NCBI GenBank assembly: GCA_000708835.1
Contig: DF236959.1
Coordinates: forward strand, 230,183 to 294,182
Origin: Klebsormidium nitens
Taxonomy: Eukaryota > Plantae > Klebsormidiophyceae
DNA: 64,000 nt
Direction of reading: 5' to 3'
The position numbers and the translations under genes are program-made. Within the stretch, counting starts at the first letter, position 1. Each line of letters starts with the position of its first letter. Below are positions 52,601 through 64,000 of this stretch, in pieces. The notes beneath the pieces are model-generated. The model saw only the letters and a program-made list of their open reading frames with translations, was not told where the DNA came from and did not search any database.

Positions 52601-54973
52601 CGGAGCTGTTCTGGAGCGAGCGGTTCAACGTCACGGTGGGCCGGGTGACGTCAGAGTTCCTGGTGATGCGGGACACGAGCGCCGAGGAGCTCGAGAGGTT
52701 CGGCCAGGTGAGCGGTTACAAGACTTTATTATCAGAAACGTTTATGTTGGTCGGATTCATATCCTCGCAGAAACATCAAAAGACTCTCCGGGGAGCTATT
52801 CCTTGTTCTCCAACCACCCCCAATCCCTGGAAAGGCGGATTTCCCGTCGTTCGTCGCAACAACCCTCGTAGTGTGCTTGTAGTGTGATTCTGCTTTTCTG
52901 CTTTCTGCTAAATCGACGTCAACTCGCACAGTCGCCCCCCTTGGGCTGTAAGCAGACATTTAGCCAAATTGTTTCATCTACTGGGGGTCTATCAACAATA
53001 CGCCCAACCCCCTGTGCAGAAAGCGGGCAAGGACCGGTTCCTCTTGTCGCTCGACCGGTTGGATCCCGCGTGGGAAGCCCTCCTGCCGCGAATCGACCTA
53101 CTGATTCTCAACTCGGGGCACTGGTGGGTTTCGAAATCGAAGCGAAAAGCGTATCTGCTGGGGGGCGAGCTTCGACGAGAGCTAGATAGCTCGGAGGCGT
53201 ACAAGATGTGAGTGCCCCGCTTTCAGAGCTCGTGTGTTTTGAGGCCATTGTTTTGAAAAGCATCGATCGACATTCGAGGTCTTTTCCGTGTTGTGCAAGA
53301 GATTTTGATCAATAGGTAGCCGATGTGTTTGATCGACATTCGTGGGGGCTTAGGGTTTGGGTCACGGTGATCGGATAAAGACAAGGCGAGGAACTGTCCG
53401 AGAAAGAGAGGACTCTGGAAGGAACGGACAGGGAGTGGGCGTTCGTAAGCACTCAGACCGGCTCGTCCGCAAAGCCATCTGCGCCGCGGCTCCTTTTTGA
53501 ACCGTTCGAGCCTGAAGCTGATGTTGTCGAAAGTTTTTCAGCCATCTATCTTTGAGCTCGTTCGATTGGGCCTCTGAGCAGAGGACGCGTCTTTCCAGGC
53601 ACCAAAACGACGCGCGCTGATTGCATTGGGATACACAACGACGGACGCGAGAAGAAGCAGCCTCGACTATTCCGTTCTGAATCTCCTATTGCACACGCAC
53701 TTGGAGAAGAAACAACCGAAACCGTCGAAAAACTATCCGCTTCATCTTTACAAGACGCCCCGTTTCCTCCAATGTAAAGATGCAGACTTGTACGAATCGC
53801 TCTTACGCAGCGCCATGCGGCACGTGCGGGACGCCGTCGAGGGTTCGGGCTTCAAGGGCGTCGCCATGTTCCGGACGTTTTCGGACGCGCACTACCACAA
53901 GGGCGACTGGGACACTCCGGGGGCGAACTGCAAGAACGGACGGCCCGAGGAGACAATCAAGCTGTCTAGCAAGCTCTTGAGGTTCAATCTCAAAATCTCT
54001 GCTCCTATCTGTGTTTTAGGTGCGATGCTGGTAATTGTCTGTCTTCCATTCTAAGCAGAGAAAGGTGAAAGCTGTGTTTGAGCAACTTTGTTCCGTCTGA
54101 GAACGTTCGATGCCGAAGGAAGGTTGTTCACTGGCCGAAAGGGTTTCTAAGAGTTGCTCTATTTGCTTGATTGTCTTTTCCCACTTCTTATCTTCGTTTT
54201 CTACATTGCCTCGATCTTCTTCCTCTTTTCACTTGTGGTTGGGTACTTCTCTGCCTTTCATCCTTGTTTAAGGCTCGAGCCCACTCATAACATTTCGAAG
54301 TATTGCACGCAGATTCTGGCCGCGGTTCAGCCAAAAACGTTGTCACTTCGCGTTTGTCAGGCGCTTTCTGCTTGTCTCGTCTTCTCGTTTCTGTTCCGTA
54401 AGCAATCCGCACCGTCGTTGCCTTGCTTTCGATCTCCTCCGCTCGTATATGCGCTGTGTTGGGCTCAATCCGGCCTCCTCGCAAAATCGCGCAGCGATCG
54501 TAGAGGGACTTCTCTGCGAGGCAACGGAACGGCGCCATCGATTCGTTCTGTTTGATCGGACCTGTTGAGTGCGGCGCCAAGAGCCAAAGCGCAAAACTTC
54601 AACGGACTTGCCCAAGGAACTGCCCGACAAAAGCACCAACGTTGACATAACGCATTGATACTTTCGGCGCTTCTTCTGGGATAAGCTCTGTTCAGAACAG
54701 GATTTTGTGCACAGATTGGACTTTTCGGAGATGAGAGAAAGGGGTTCGATTCGGCGCTTTTTTGCCTCTCGCAGGTTTCTAAGCGTTCAGGAAGAGATCT
54801 TCAGCGGATCAGAGTTCCGCCTGATGGAGATAACGCGCCTGACCGAGTATCGGCACGACGGCCACGTCGGGCCGCGCAAGGACTTGGGCGGCAAGTGGGA
54901 CTGCACGCACTGGTGCGCGGGGGGAGTGCCCAACACGTGGCTTGACGTCATGCAGGCAATGCTGGACGCGTGA
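49624..54973 (+). CDS. TBL: Trichome birefringence-like (TBL/PC-esterase) cell-wall polysaccharide O-acetyltransferase; about 6 exons
   Basis: N-terminal TM anchor, long stem, SCDLGDGAWV, FRWLPYDCDLPFFDA, VLVVGDSLGRN (GDS), DLLILNSGHWW, FRTFSDAHYHKGDW and final DCTHWCAGGVPNTW (DxxH). Confidence 0.9.
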
Positions 54974-54975
54974 CG

Positions 54976-55196
54976 ACACGTGGCGCGTATTTATAGGGGG
55001 ATTTCACGGGTAGCGGTCACGTGATGCCACCTACCATGTCTCATACTGACTTCTGCTACCGCAAGGAGCAAATAAAACAAAACGCTGGAAGTCGGAGGTA
55101 CGTGTGGTCTCTAAGTGAGTTTTGAGAGGTGCCGCAACTATGATGGAGCGGGAAGGGATGCTGAGACACGTGGGGCGGGTTTCGTGTAGGCACGTC
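54976..55196. promoter_or_regulatory. Cluster of five ACGT/G-box cores, with an ABRE-like ACACGTGGC just before TATTTATA
   Basis: ACACGTGGC 54976-54984, TATTTATA 54988-54995, CACGTG 55018 and 55167, TACGTG 55099, CACGTC 55191. Function unverified. Confidence 0.3.
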
Positions 55197-57215
55197 ACAT
55201 GTTTTGGATCGAATAACGAACGGCTGGGTTGGATTGCTTCTATTCGAAAAACGAATCTGTAAAGAACTGAAAGTAGTCGGGAATGGAGTGAAAGCGAACA
55301 TGTCTTGGTCAAAAGGAGGTTGATGTGGTTTACAATTTGCACGTAGGGCGACTGCAGATTGCCGCCCAGATGAGCACCTGTATACATCGGACTAAGTCAG
55401 CAGCAGTCGTTAACGGACTGTCGTGTTAGGTATTTTGTCTCAGTCGAGCCGCTGCAGCTAGCGTCAAGCAAACCAGGTTCCGGGTTCTACCCATTTTGAC
55501 GTACTATTAGTCATATAGAGCCATGTAAATTAAGGTTGCAGAGTGACGTTGCCAGCTTTGTTAGGGTTTCCGGAAGCCCGCCGCGCATCGACAACACTTT
55601 CATGTACGCAATGATCTGGCAACAAACCTTGACTCTGATCGAAGCGCTTTGTTGTCCAACTTGGTAGGTGATAGCACTGTTTCCTCGCTGCCTATCAAGC
55701 ACGTAGTGAATATGATCAGTTCGTGCTCAGCAATTTTGCAATTTCTATCAGGGCCATATGCGGGTTGTGCACAAACCTTGCCTCTAGTGTACTTGCACAC
55801 TATCCCATGTCTTAATTTGGCACGCAAGGGCTTTCAGAGAAGCATCCGTCTTGTGTACGATCCGTACCGAACCAACGTACGGGGCCCCATATCTGCTCCA
55901 ATCAATGTCGTAATAGTTCAACCTTTTTGAACGTGCACCGTCAGCTGATAACTCGAGTTGCTAGCCCCTGGTGGACAAGCTCTTTTTTGGGCTGACGTAC
56001 TTTGGAACTTTCTAGGTCTGATCACCTCATGATTGCAGGCCAACCTAAAGCATGATCTCGCCGCGCACCTTCGCTGGCAGTTCTGCAGGCTAATTTGCGC
56101 GGACATTGAATCCGTCCGCGAAGTTGGTCAAGAAGCTGGACATCTTCGAGACATACTTGTTCAGACATCATCTGGACAAGTCGGACAGGTCTGTATTCTG
56201 TACGCAGACAGAGTGAATGCGCGTTCGGACAGGGTTTGGAACAGGTGCTAAACAGAAGGATCTCTACGGTGTGCGATACCATTCTTTCGTGCATTCAAAA
56301 GATGTTACTTTGCGGCTTAGAACCCCATACAGAAAGTCAGCGCGCGCATGCATGCAGGGGTCCCGCTGGAAACAGACCCTCCCGCGCCGCTGGATTTGTT
56401 GGCTCTCCGCTCTTGTTCCAACTTCCCAGAAACTTCTCAAGCCGAGACCGACGGAACTTCTGAGATGTTTGAACGACGAATCTGATTAGGAAAGAAAGAC
56501 GATTGAAAGCGCACTAGCCAATCTCGAGGTGTGTGTGTCTTTTCAGCGCTCTCGTCTTGCTGCTTTTTCCCCTGATTTAAGTTTCGACGCCAGTTGCCAC
56601 GTTGAGTGCGCCATCGAAGTTGCGCCAAACGCTCTTTCTACAATCCATCTGAGCCTTTTTAACGCAAGCAAGCTCTTTGCAGGAATCCAAGATTCGCAGA
56701 CCCATTTACCCGAGGAAACAAAATGGCGAAGGAACGGGAAGCACCGCGGGCGACTCGCGACCAGTGAGCTTCAGTTCTTCCTCGATGCTGGCTTGCAGTT
56801 TGCTCGAAGCGCGTCAACAATTGCCCCTGGAATCGCATCTTTCGCTAGGCACTCTAGCAGTCTTGGATGGCAAGGCAGATCCCTGGATGAGAAGGCTATT
56901 ATGATGCGATGAGACGGACAAGGACGCTTTCCTGGCTTCTTTCCTGCTGATAGAGTGACTACTCTGCAAGAAATTCCTTGCTTGAGCAAAAGAAACAAAT
57001 CTGTGCTGGACAGGTGTCCTATTGGAAGATACCTGGTGTGTCAGGAGAGGGAGCTTCCGCGTCCTATGCAGAAATCTTCAGATCTCGATAATCAGGTGCG
57101 ACCAGGTGTGTTAGGGCGATTGGGTGTCTCATAGCAAACTCCTGGCTTTAGTGATTGTCGCACTAGAAACTCAAAAATCTGTTTTGAAAGAAACCTCGAA
57201 GGTCTCGCTCCGCAG

Positions 57216-57923
57216 GTGCCATGTCGAAACTGATGTGCTGCTCCCTTTCACGGCCCCCTGCGAGTACGAGAAGAAGGAGCCGCTCATTCTCACGGAGCCT
57301 GAGGTGCGCCTCTCTCCTTTCGTCCCCGGAGACAAAGTGTCCCATTTTTGTCATGCAGGCTACGGGATCTCGGACTTTGGACACCAATTGCTAGACAACA
57401 AACCCCTTGATTAAGCTCTGCTGTCCCTACTCTTGAAGTATTTGAAACAATATAGTGGCCTTTAGCCTTCCGCTGTCAGGGACGTACTAGACGTTTTAAA
57501 ACGTTCTGTACCCAAATGACGTACCATACAACGTGGCAAATTCCGCGGCTTTGACGGTTCAACGTATACGTATGACACAGTCGAAGCCTGACTTCGGCTT
57601 TGTAGGAGGCCTCGAAACGCGCAACTCAAGGAGCTCCCCTTTCATACAAGCCTTTTCCAACCGGGCGCCAAAAACCCCTGTTAAAAAACGCGCTCTTACG
57701 AAAGTAATCTTTACCTTCTGACTTGCGCGCAGGCGGCCGCGAGCCGCGGCTGATCGCGGCCGCGACCAAGCAGCTGGAGAAGCTGCCTTTCTACATGTCC
57801 TTCTGGAACCGGACGTCCGAGCCCACGGTCGAGCTGGTGCGCGACCTCGTCCGGATGTTCACCGCCGCCCCAATCGGACGGGTCTTGTTCGCAAACAGCG
57901 GCTCTGAGTGCAACGACACGCAG
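57216..57923 (+). pseudogene. GABA-T: Truncated GABA transaminase (POP2-like, class III aminotransferase) fragment
   Basis: Exon 57216-57303 reads VLLPFTAP..PLILTEPE. Exon 57733-57923 reads GGREPRLIAAATKQLEKLPFYMSFWNRT..MFTA..FANSGSECNDTQ. The intervening GxYVYD..LDxLAGLW exon is not intact, the donor after NDTQ is AT rather than GT, and no PLP-binding or C-terminal exons follow. Confidence 0.75.
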
Positions 57924-60338
57924 ATGGGCTGTTCCCTCGGCCTGACATCCCATGGAATTTTTGTTCCAAAAGTCGGCACGTGACCTGTTTGAGAGAAAGG
58001 AATTCGTGCCGATCGACGGAAAAGTCTCGTAATGCCAAAGCCGAGCGGCTCGAAGCATGTTTGCTTTTATTTTCCTCTGTCTCGTTGCTTATGCACGTGA
58101 AGTTCGTCCTGATGTCGATTAGCAAAGAAATTCTGTGAGAAGGAGCGTGTTTCCTCTCAACCTTGTTGCTTTACCGTTCCTTTCCGGAGCTTTTAGAATG
58201 CTTCGGAGTCTTTACGGGATCAAAGGATGTAAGGAGCGCCGTCCTTTGTTGAACCCTAACCAGGCTCGGTTAACGTAACAGTCCAATTTGGCTACTTCGT
58301 GCGTCTATGCCATTCTTCGTTGATCGACTTTTAGAACACAGGAATAACCAGATCCCTGTAAAAAGAGGTTCGAAGCCCAATACCTAGAAACAGCATGGAA
58401 TTGAGTTTGTACAATAGAAAATTGCGGAAACCGTAGCTACGTGCCAAAGGCAGTCTACGAACCAGTCCAAAGAGTTGAAGGCTTGCGGCGACCGTATAGT
58501 GACGTGTTACATGCAATCTAGAAAGTTGGTCTTATAGTCGCAAGTATGCGCATACTAAGGCTTTTTGCGTACCATCATGGCAAAGAATATATCATTGCGT
58601 GTGCAACGTGGCGCCGTTCAATCTTGAAGTACGGTAGCGTCAGAACCGTGCTCGGGCAAGATTCTTCATGCGGTTCGGCTGTGGAGATCCTAAACTGCAC
58701 GCTTCTACCGTACTAACTGCGGCCATGTTTCATAGACGGTCATGAACCGTGACCGCATCAACAACTTGAATATACATCATGCGCCCTTGGATTTAGTATG
58801 AACTTTACGAACGTCTCCCTGTGTCAGAGCCAGGGAGATGTTCTCCTCGGTCAGGCTGCTCACAAGCTATAGTAGGGGACAGCTTTCCCCTTCACCAGAT
58901 TCATGATCTGGGTACGTGGGAGACCCTTTTCTCCCCCTTACTAATATATAGGTTATGGACCCGGAATTCTCCCCGGGCCTCTATAATGATACCCGGGAAA
59001 ATGTAGTCTCTCTGCCGTGCCAGTCCCGGGGGCCGGCTGGAGCCCGGCAGAGGTGGGAGTGGGGGAGGAACTTAAGCCATGGAAGGGAGCCAACCCTTGC
59101 GGTGTGAGCGGATATGCGCGCATGCATACATAGTCAATTCCATCAAAGTGCGTCCGACACAGCTGGCGCGCACGGATCGGATGCAGCCGCGCCGCGCCGG
59201 CTCTTGTACTAATTCGAACTTCTTTTCTATCAGTTGACATCGAGCATGTCGATCACCCGTCACTGCAACTGTCAGTGTCTGTGCGTGCGGGACTGAACGG
59301 TTCAACACATATGACCGTGATGAACAGGAAGAAGCTTAAGGTTCATACTAGGTTCATAAATAATAGCGGGACGGTCGTTATTCGGAAGCGGAAACGACAA
59401 TGCACACGTTCCAACTTGGCCCACTTCATTTGCCTCCTTTTGGTTTCACATACGCAAGAACTGCAAACAAATAGATGGATGCAATAGGACGGGCCTATCA
59501 CCTAGCTAGCTTGAAAATCAGAAGTACGTAGTAGCCATGCTCAAGCACGGTTATTTGGGATTTGACTGCCATCTCAACTAACTGAGTGTTCCAGCAACCA
59601 TCCTCATATCGCATAGTTGAGGAAAGTGCCACGTGACTGTCTGCAATGCAACTCAAAACTATCAAAGTGACTAGATCGGAAGTCTCATGTCGAAAAGCTC
59701 GTCGTCGGAGCTTTCAGTCCTGCGTACAGGCGCCATATATCGCGCTAGAGCTCAGGTTCAACGAATGGTTGATATTTTCCAGCGTTGAAGCCGTTGTAGC
59801 CGACCTGCGTGCAAGAATTGTAGCTTTCAGTCCGAGCACGATGCAAAGCACATCTTGACATCTTGATAGGCATCGAGAGCCGAGAAGAATCTCGAAGAAG
59901 CTAGTGGAGGGTACAAACCGCCTGCGGGTTGAGACTGGTCATGGGCAAGTTCTGGCGACTGGTAAAAGTGTTTTTGAAAATTGGATTCTCCAAATAGTGC
60001 ATCATCCAGGCGCAACACGTCAGGAACAGTGACCCCAATTTAGCTTTGGCGGAAGAGACTCTTGTAGCAACGCGCACCTGGAGTTTCGACAGTTCCTCGG
60101 AACCCCAGTCTTTCTCTCGATTTTCAGTCCAAGCTGTGACGAGTTCGTCGTTAAACGCACAAGGCCCTTTGTGACGACTCAGGCTCAATTCGAATCACTT
60201 GCTATTTGTTAACTGGCAATGCATAGACTTCTGTTTCGAACCCGGCCAAACGCATCTTGGAACGGGCCGTCAGTCAAGCACTCGGAAAAACAAATAACTG
60301 TGCGCATCAAAGAAGGTATGTCAAGCATCGGATCTCAC

Positions 60339-63300
60339 CAGCTCAAGGTCAGCGTTCGGCTTCGTCCGGTCGTGGTGTGAGGGGTCGCTCACGTGAATGG
60401 CCAACTTGTCGTCTGCAATTTGCGCGGATTGTGTCAGCCAATTAGCTCGAACGTGTGGAAATGCTGTCGCGAATCTCCCGGCTCTGGGTTCATTACGTCC
60501 CTGGACTTTCGAGGCCAACAGAAACATGAATGTATCATTCGCATCATTCCCCTAAAAGAGTCTTTGTCTACTGTAGTTTTCTCGTCCCCAGACTTTGTCG
60601 ATCAAAGTAGCCCTTCTCGGGGAGTTTTTCTTCCACGTCAGATCAGTTTGAGTCCGTGCTCATTCCTCACGCATATCTTCTCCGGGCTACACAGCAGGCC
60701 GAGCCGTAACATCGTCAAGGGGTACGGCACGTTCAAGGCGGCGCAACTGCCAATGTGACACATTAGGAGACGGCTGATCCGAACACTCACCTGAGATGAC
60801 GTCACCTTTGGGTGGACCTTGAGGCAGCAGTACAACCGTGGGGAAGCTGTGGGTGTTCAGGCGGTTCCAGAAGACGATCCACGGCTTCTCTGACGTCAGT
60901 ATGGAGTCCCAGAGCGTCATGCAGTAATGGACGACCACGCCAAGAAGCGAGCTCCCAATGGACTGGGCGAAGATCCGGCCATCGATGTAGATTCTCGTCG
61001 CCCGGGAGCTGCCCAACAGATACAGAGCAGTCTGGACGCCCGCCTGGGGGATCGACCGGAGCAACAAATCCCATAGCCCCCGCGAGGCGGCATAGCTCCC
61101 GAAACTCAGAATTGCACACTTGTCAATTAGCAGGCACACGCCGAGGTTCTCGAAGACCACCAGAACGTCGTAGAGCACCACCCCGAGCAAGCCCACCGGC
61201 CACAATAACACCATCAGTATCAAAATCAGTATCCTGGCACGAATCTCCCGTTGCGAGCGACCAGAATTGGCCGCCAAACGGTCGACAGGAACGAATCCCG
61301 GCCACACCCAGGCGAGTCGAACGGTAGAGACCCCCAATGGCTGCGAAACGACCCAGCTCTTGGCGAGGATAAGGGCCAAAACCACGGTTGGCGCGAGGAG
61401 CGATGGGAGAAGGAGCCACACGGGCCATGCGCCCCAGATCTCAATCAGCACCTGCGGGGAGTCAGTTACAGCGCGCCCATGAGACTTTGAAAGGTTTGTC
61501 AGCGCACGTGCAGGGAGTAAGTTACAGCGCGCCCATCGAACCTCAACGTGACTACTACTTGTATCTGTAGCTGCGGATAATACAGCTAAGATTGTTCGGA
61601 CTTTTGTCAACGTAGGCCAACCGCAAAGTCGTGCTGCATGCCTAGCTGCTTGACACCAACTTTTGCCCCGGTACGTGGACCACCCAGCATGATCCCCCGG
61701 CCTGAGCAAAGTTTGCGCTGGGCCAAAATCGCGAGCCTATGATCTAGCCAAAATTCTGGAACTGCATCATTCGGAAACGACACCTAGTGCCAATAAACGC
61801 AAATAGAACCCAACTCTTCTCTCACTGCAAGCTCCACACTCAAGGCAAATTGTCCGAGCTTCAAACCTGGCTCTGAACTATTGATTTTCAGAGATAAACG
61901 ACTTCTTTTCAAGCAGCGCAATTCTAACCAGATTCGAGGCAGGCTTACCTTGATGTCCGTATACAAGTCATAATAAGAAATGGCGGTCCGTACAACGCTC
62001 CATACGTATGCCACAAATTTCGCCCCCTTGGTCTTGCGACCCTCAAGCGGCACCTGTTGGGACTTCTGGCGGCGAAGTTGCCACGTGGCAACAGCCCAGA
62101 CACATAGCGTCAGGAGGGGCAGGAGGGCAGCAAACGTGACATAAGCTATGATGACCACCGTGCGCGCCTCCGGGTTGCCGCACAAATTGCCCGACTGAAC
62201 GCGGGTGAAGCCGACCCCCGTGTACGCCGAGCCCCTGGGGCCAAGATAAATTTGGTCCAGGAAATCGCTGGTGTTGAGGAGGTAACTTCCAAAGGTGTTA
62301 ACGATGTATGGGACCACATACGAAGGCCCGGATCCTATCGTGTTAGGGTGACCGTTTGCGTAAACGACAGTCGTTGGCTGGTGCATCTTTAAGACAATGG
62401 CCGGTTGATCACCGTCCAGGAAGAGACTGATTCGGCCTAGGCACACCTTTTTCTTTGTCTCCTGGGACAGTTTGGGGCTTGACCCAATCAGGTCGACTGC
62501 ACACCCGGCCCCCTTAACACACGAGTCCCAGAACTTGATATCCTCCAGCCCCTTTTCGCCGACCCACTGGACGTACTGGCAGGAGAGGGGAAGCTTAGAC
62601 CAATCGGCGTTCTTGTCTCGCCCGGATATGCGGACGGATGACAGACTGGAGGCGTTGCTCAACCAATCGGGAACCGAGCCGGACAAGCCAACGGATCCTA
62701 GTTTACCGCAATCAAGAATCGCCTTGGGTAGAGCACCGGAAAAGCTGTTGTCATTGACATGCAGTGCGCTGAAACAACAGGCCCCCGGCACGCCGCATGT
62801 CATCGGCCCCGAGAATCTGTTATCGGACAAATCCAGAGACGCACTGTCAATCACCGCCTTCGGAGTCCCGCCCACTAGAGAAACCGGCCCCCAAAACAGG
62901 TTGTGGGATAGGTTGAGGGTTGCATAAGGTCTCGCAGTAATAAGGGGGCCTGGTGAACCCGATAGGAAGTTTGCTGACAGATTGAGTGACGCGAGCGATG
63001 AAGGGCGGGTCCAACTTGAAGGGATCGCACCCGAAAGGTTGTTGTTGGCGAGAGAAAGCGACTGGAGGTTCGTCAAATTGCACAGAGCAAGGGGGATGCC
63101 CTGCGAGAGGGCGTTTCTGGATAGATCGAGGCGTTGGAGCCTGGCAAGGCGTCCTAGCTCCGGGGGAATGGGCCCGGAGAGCTGGTTACCAGAGAGGTCG
63201 AGCGAGGTTAATTGGGTCATCTTTCCCAGCTCCGGAGGAATCCGGCCAAACAGCCCAAAGTTGGAGAGGTCAAGCGACGTCAACTGGGTCAATTGGCCAA

Positions 63301-64000
63301 ACTCCGGGGGGATGGTGCCGGACCACATGTTCTTGGAGAGACCAAGCGAGGTCAACTTGGTTAGACGGCCAAGCTCAGGGGGAAGGGCGCCGGACAACCT
63401 GTTGTTGGAGAGATCAAGCTTAGTCAACTGGGATAATTGGCCAAGCTCCGGGGGGATGGTGCCAGACAGACTGTTGTTGGAGAGATCGAGAGAGGTCAGG
63501 TTGGTCAGCCGGCCCAGTGAGGGGGGGATGGGGCCTGAGAGTTTGTTCTTCGACAGATCAAGAGTCCACAGGGAGACCAAGTTACCCAGCTCCGAGGGGA
63601 TGAGTGTGTCAAGGCTGTTGCCGCTTAGGTCGAGCTTTTGCAAATGGGAGAGTTTGCCAAGTGTGGGCGGAATGGAGCCTGAAAGAATGTTCTGGGCAAG
63701 GTTCAGCGAAGTAAGCCTAACAAGGTTGCCCAATTGGGGGGGAATCCCGCCCGACAATTCATTGTGGTCCAACCACAGGGTTCCTACTTTGTCCACCAAG
63801 TTGCCCAACTCCCAGGGAATAGGTCCCGACAAACTATTATTACCAAGGATAAGGTCCGCTAATTTTGTGAGTTTTGCCAACGCCGTGGGTATGGGACCCG
63901 TCAAGTTGTTGCTTGACAGTTCAAGTTGGGTGAGGCTAGCTAGCTCGCCCAACTCAGAAGGGAGGGGACCCGCAATATCATTGGTTGTGGCCACTATTAG
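60339..64000 (-). CDS. Extracellular LRR protein fused to a multi-pass (about 6-7 TM) XK-like membrane domain; 5' end outside the window
   Basis: About 17 plant-type LxxLxxLDLSxNxLSGxIP repeats, a Cys-containing juxtamembrane region and a first TM (VVIIAYVTFAALLPLLTLCVWAV). Exon ends YYDLYTDIK at 61949 and joins in phase 0 to exon 61451-60791, which carries further hydrophobic helices. A probable small exon follows at 60412-60339. The true stop is uncertain (about 60190-60280). Confidence 0.75.

Noticed and set aside
59481-59512. Helitron 3' end (ATAGG..CCTAT hairpin + CTAG) that might explain the GABA-T fragment
   Set aside because: Stem is only 5 bp, spacing is short, CTAG is not followed by T, and no matching 5' TC end was defined.
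59800-60790. Kinase domain downstream of the LRR (RLK hypothesis)
   Set aside because: No GxGxxG, HRD or DFG-like motifs in any frame of the ORF track or by manual reading.
61784-61948. C-terminal VSLPRIWL..YWH of the 736-aa LRR ORF
   Set aside because: Read-through into the intron after the GTAAGC donor; the following exon continues the membrane domain in phase.

Overview
Eukaryotic, intron-rich nuclear DNA. Gene content (SLAC1/SLAH, TBL, plant-type eLRR, plant-like NUP85), GC3-rich exons and splice style suggest a streptophyte green alga such as Klebsormidium; this is an inference. Eight apparently intact multi-exon genes were reconstructed by eye: a PHD/ePHD chromatin protein (-), an alpha/beta hydrolase (+), a SLAC1/SLAH anion channel (-), dolichyl-diphosphatase LPPgamma/DOLPP1 (-), NDUFS8/TYKY (+), a MYND zinc-finger protein (-), NUP85 (+) and a TBL O-acetyltransferase (+). 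A ninth gene, running off the right edge (-), encodes a plant-type LRR ectodomain fused to a multi-pass, XK-like membrane domain with no kinase. The window also holds a disrupted BTB/BACK gene, a truncated GABA-transaminase fragment, a TA-flanked MITE with perfect 28-bp TIRs, an 8-bp-TSD palindromic footprint and a 662-N gap. Two observations stand out. One is the LRR + XK-like architecture. The other is a recurrent pattern, in at least four genes, of decayed tandem copies of exon ends plus splice sites inside the adjacent intron. Gene models and family calls rest on manual splice-site reading and remembered family motifs, not on database searches.
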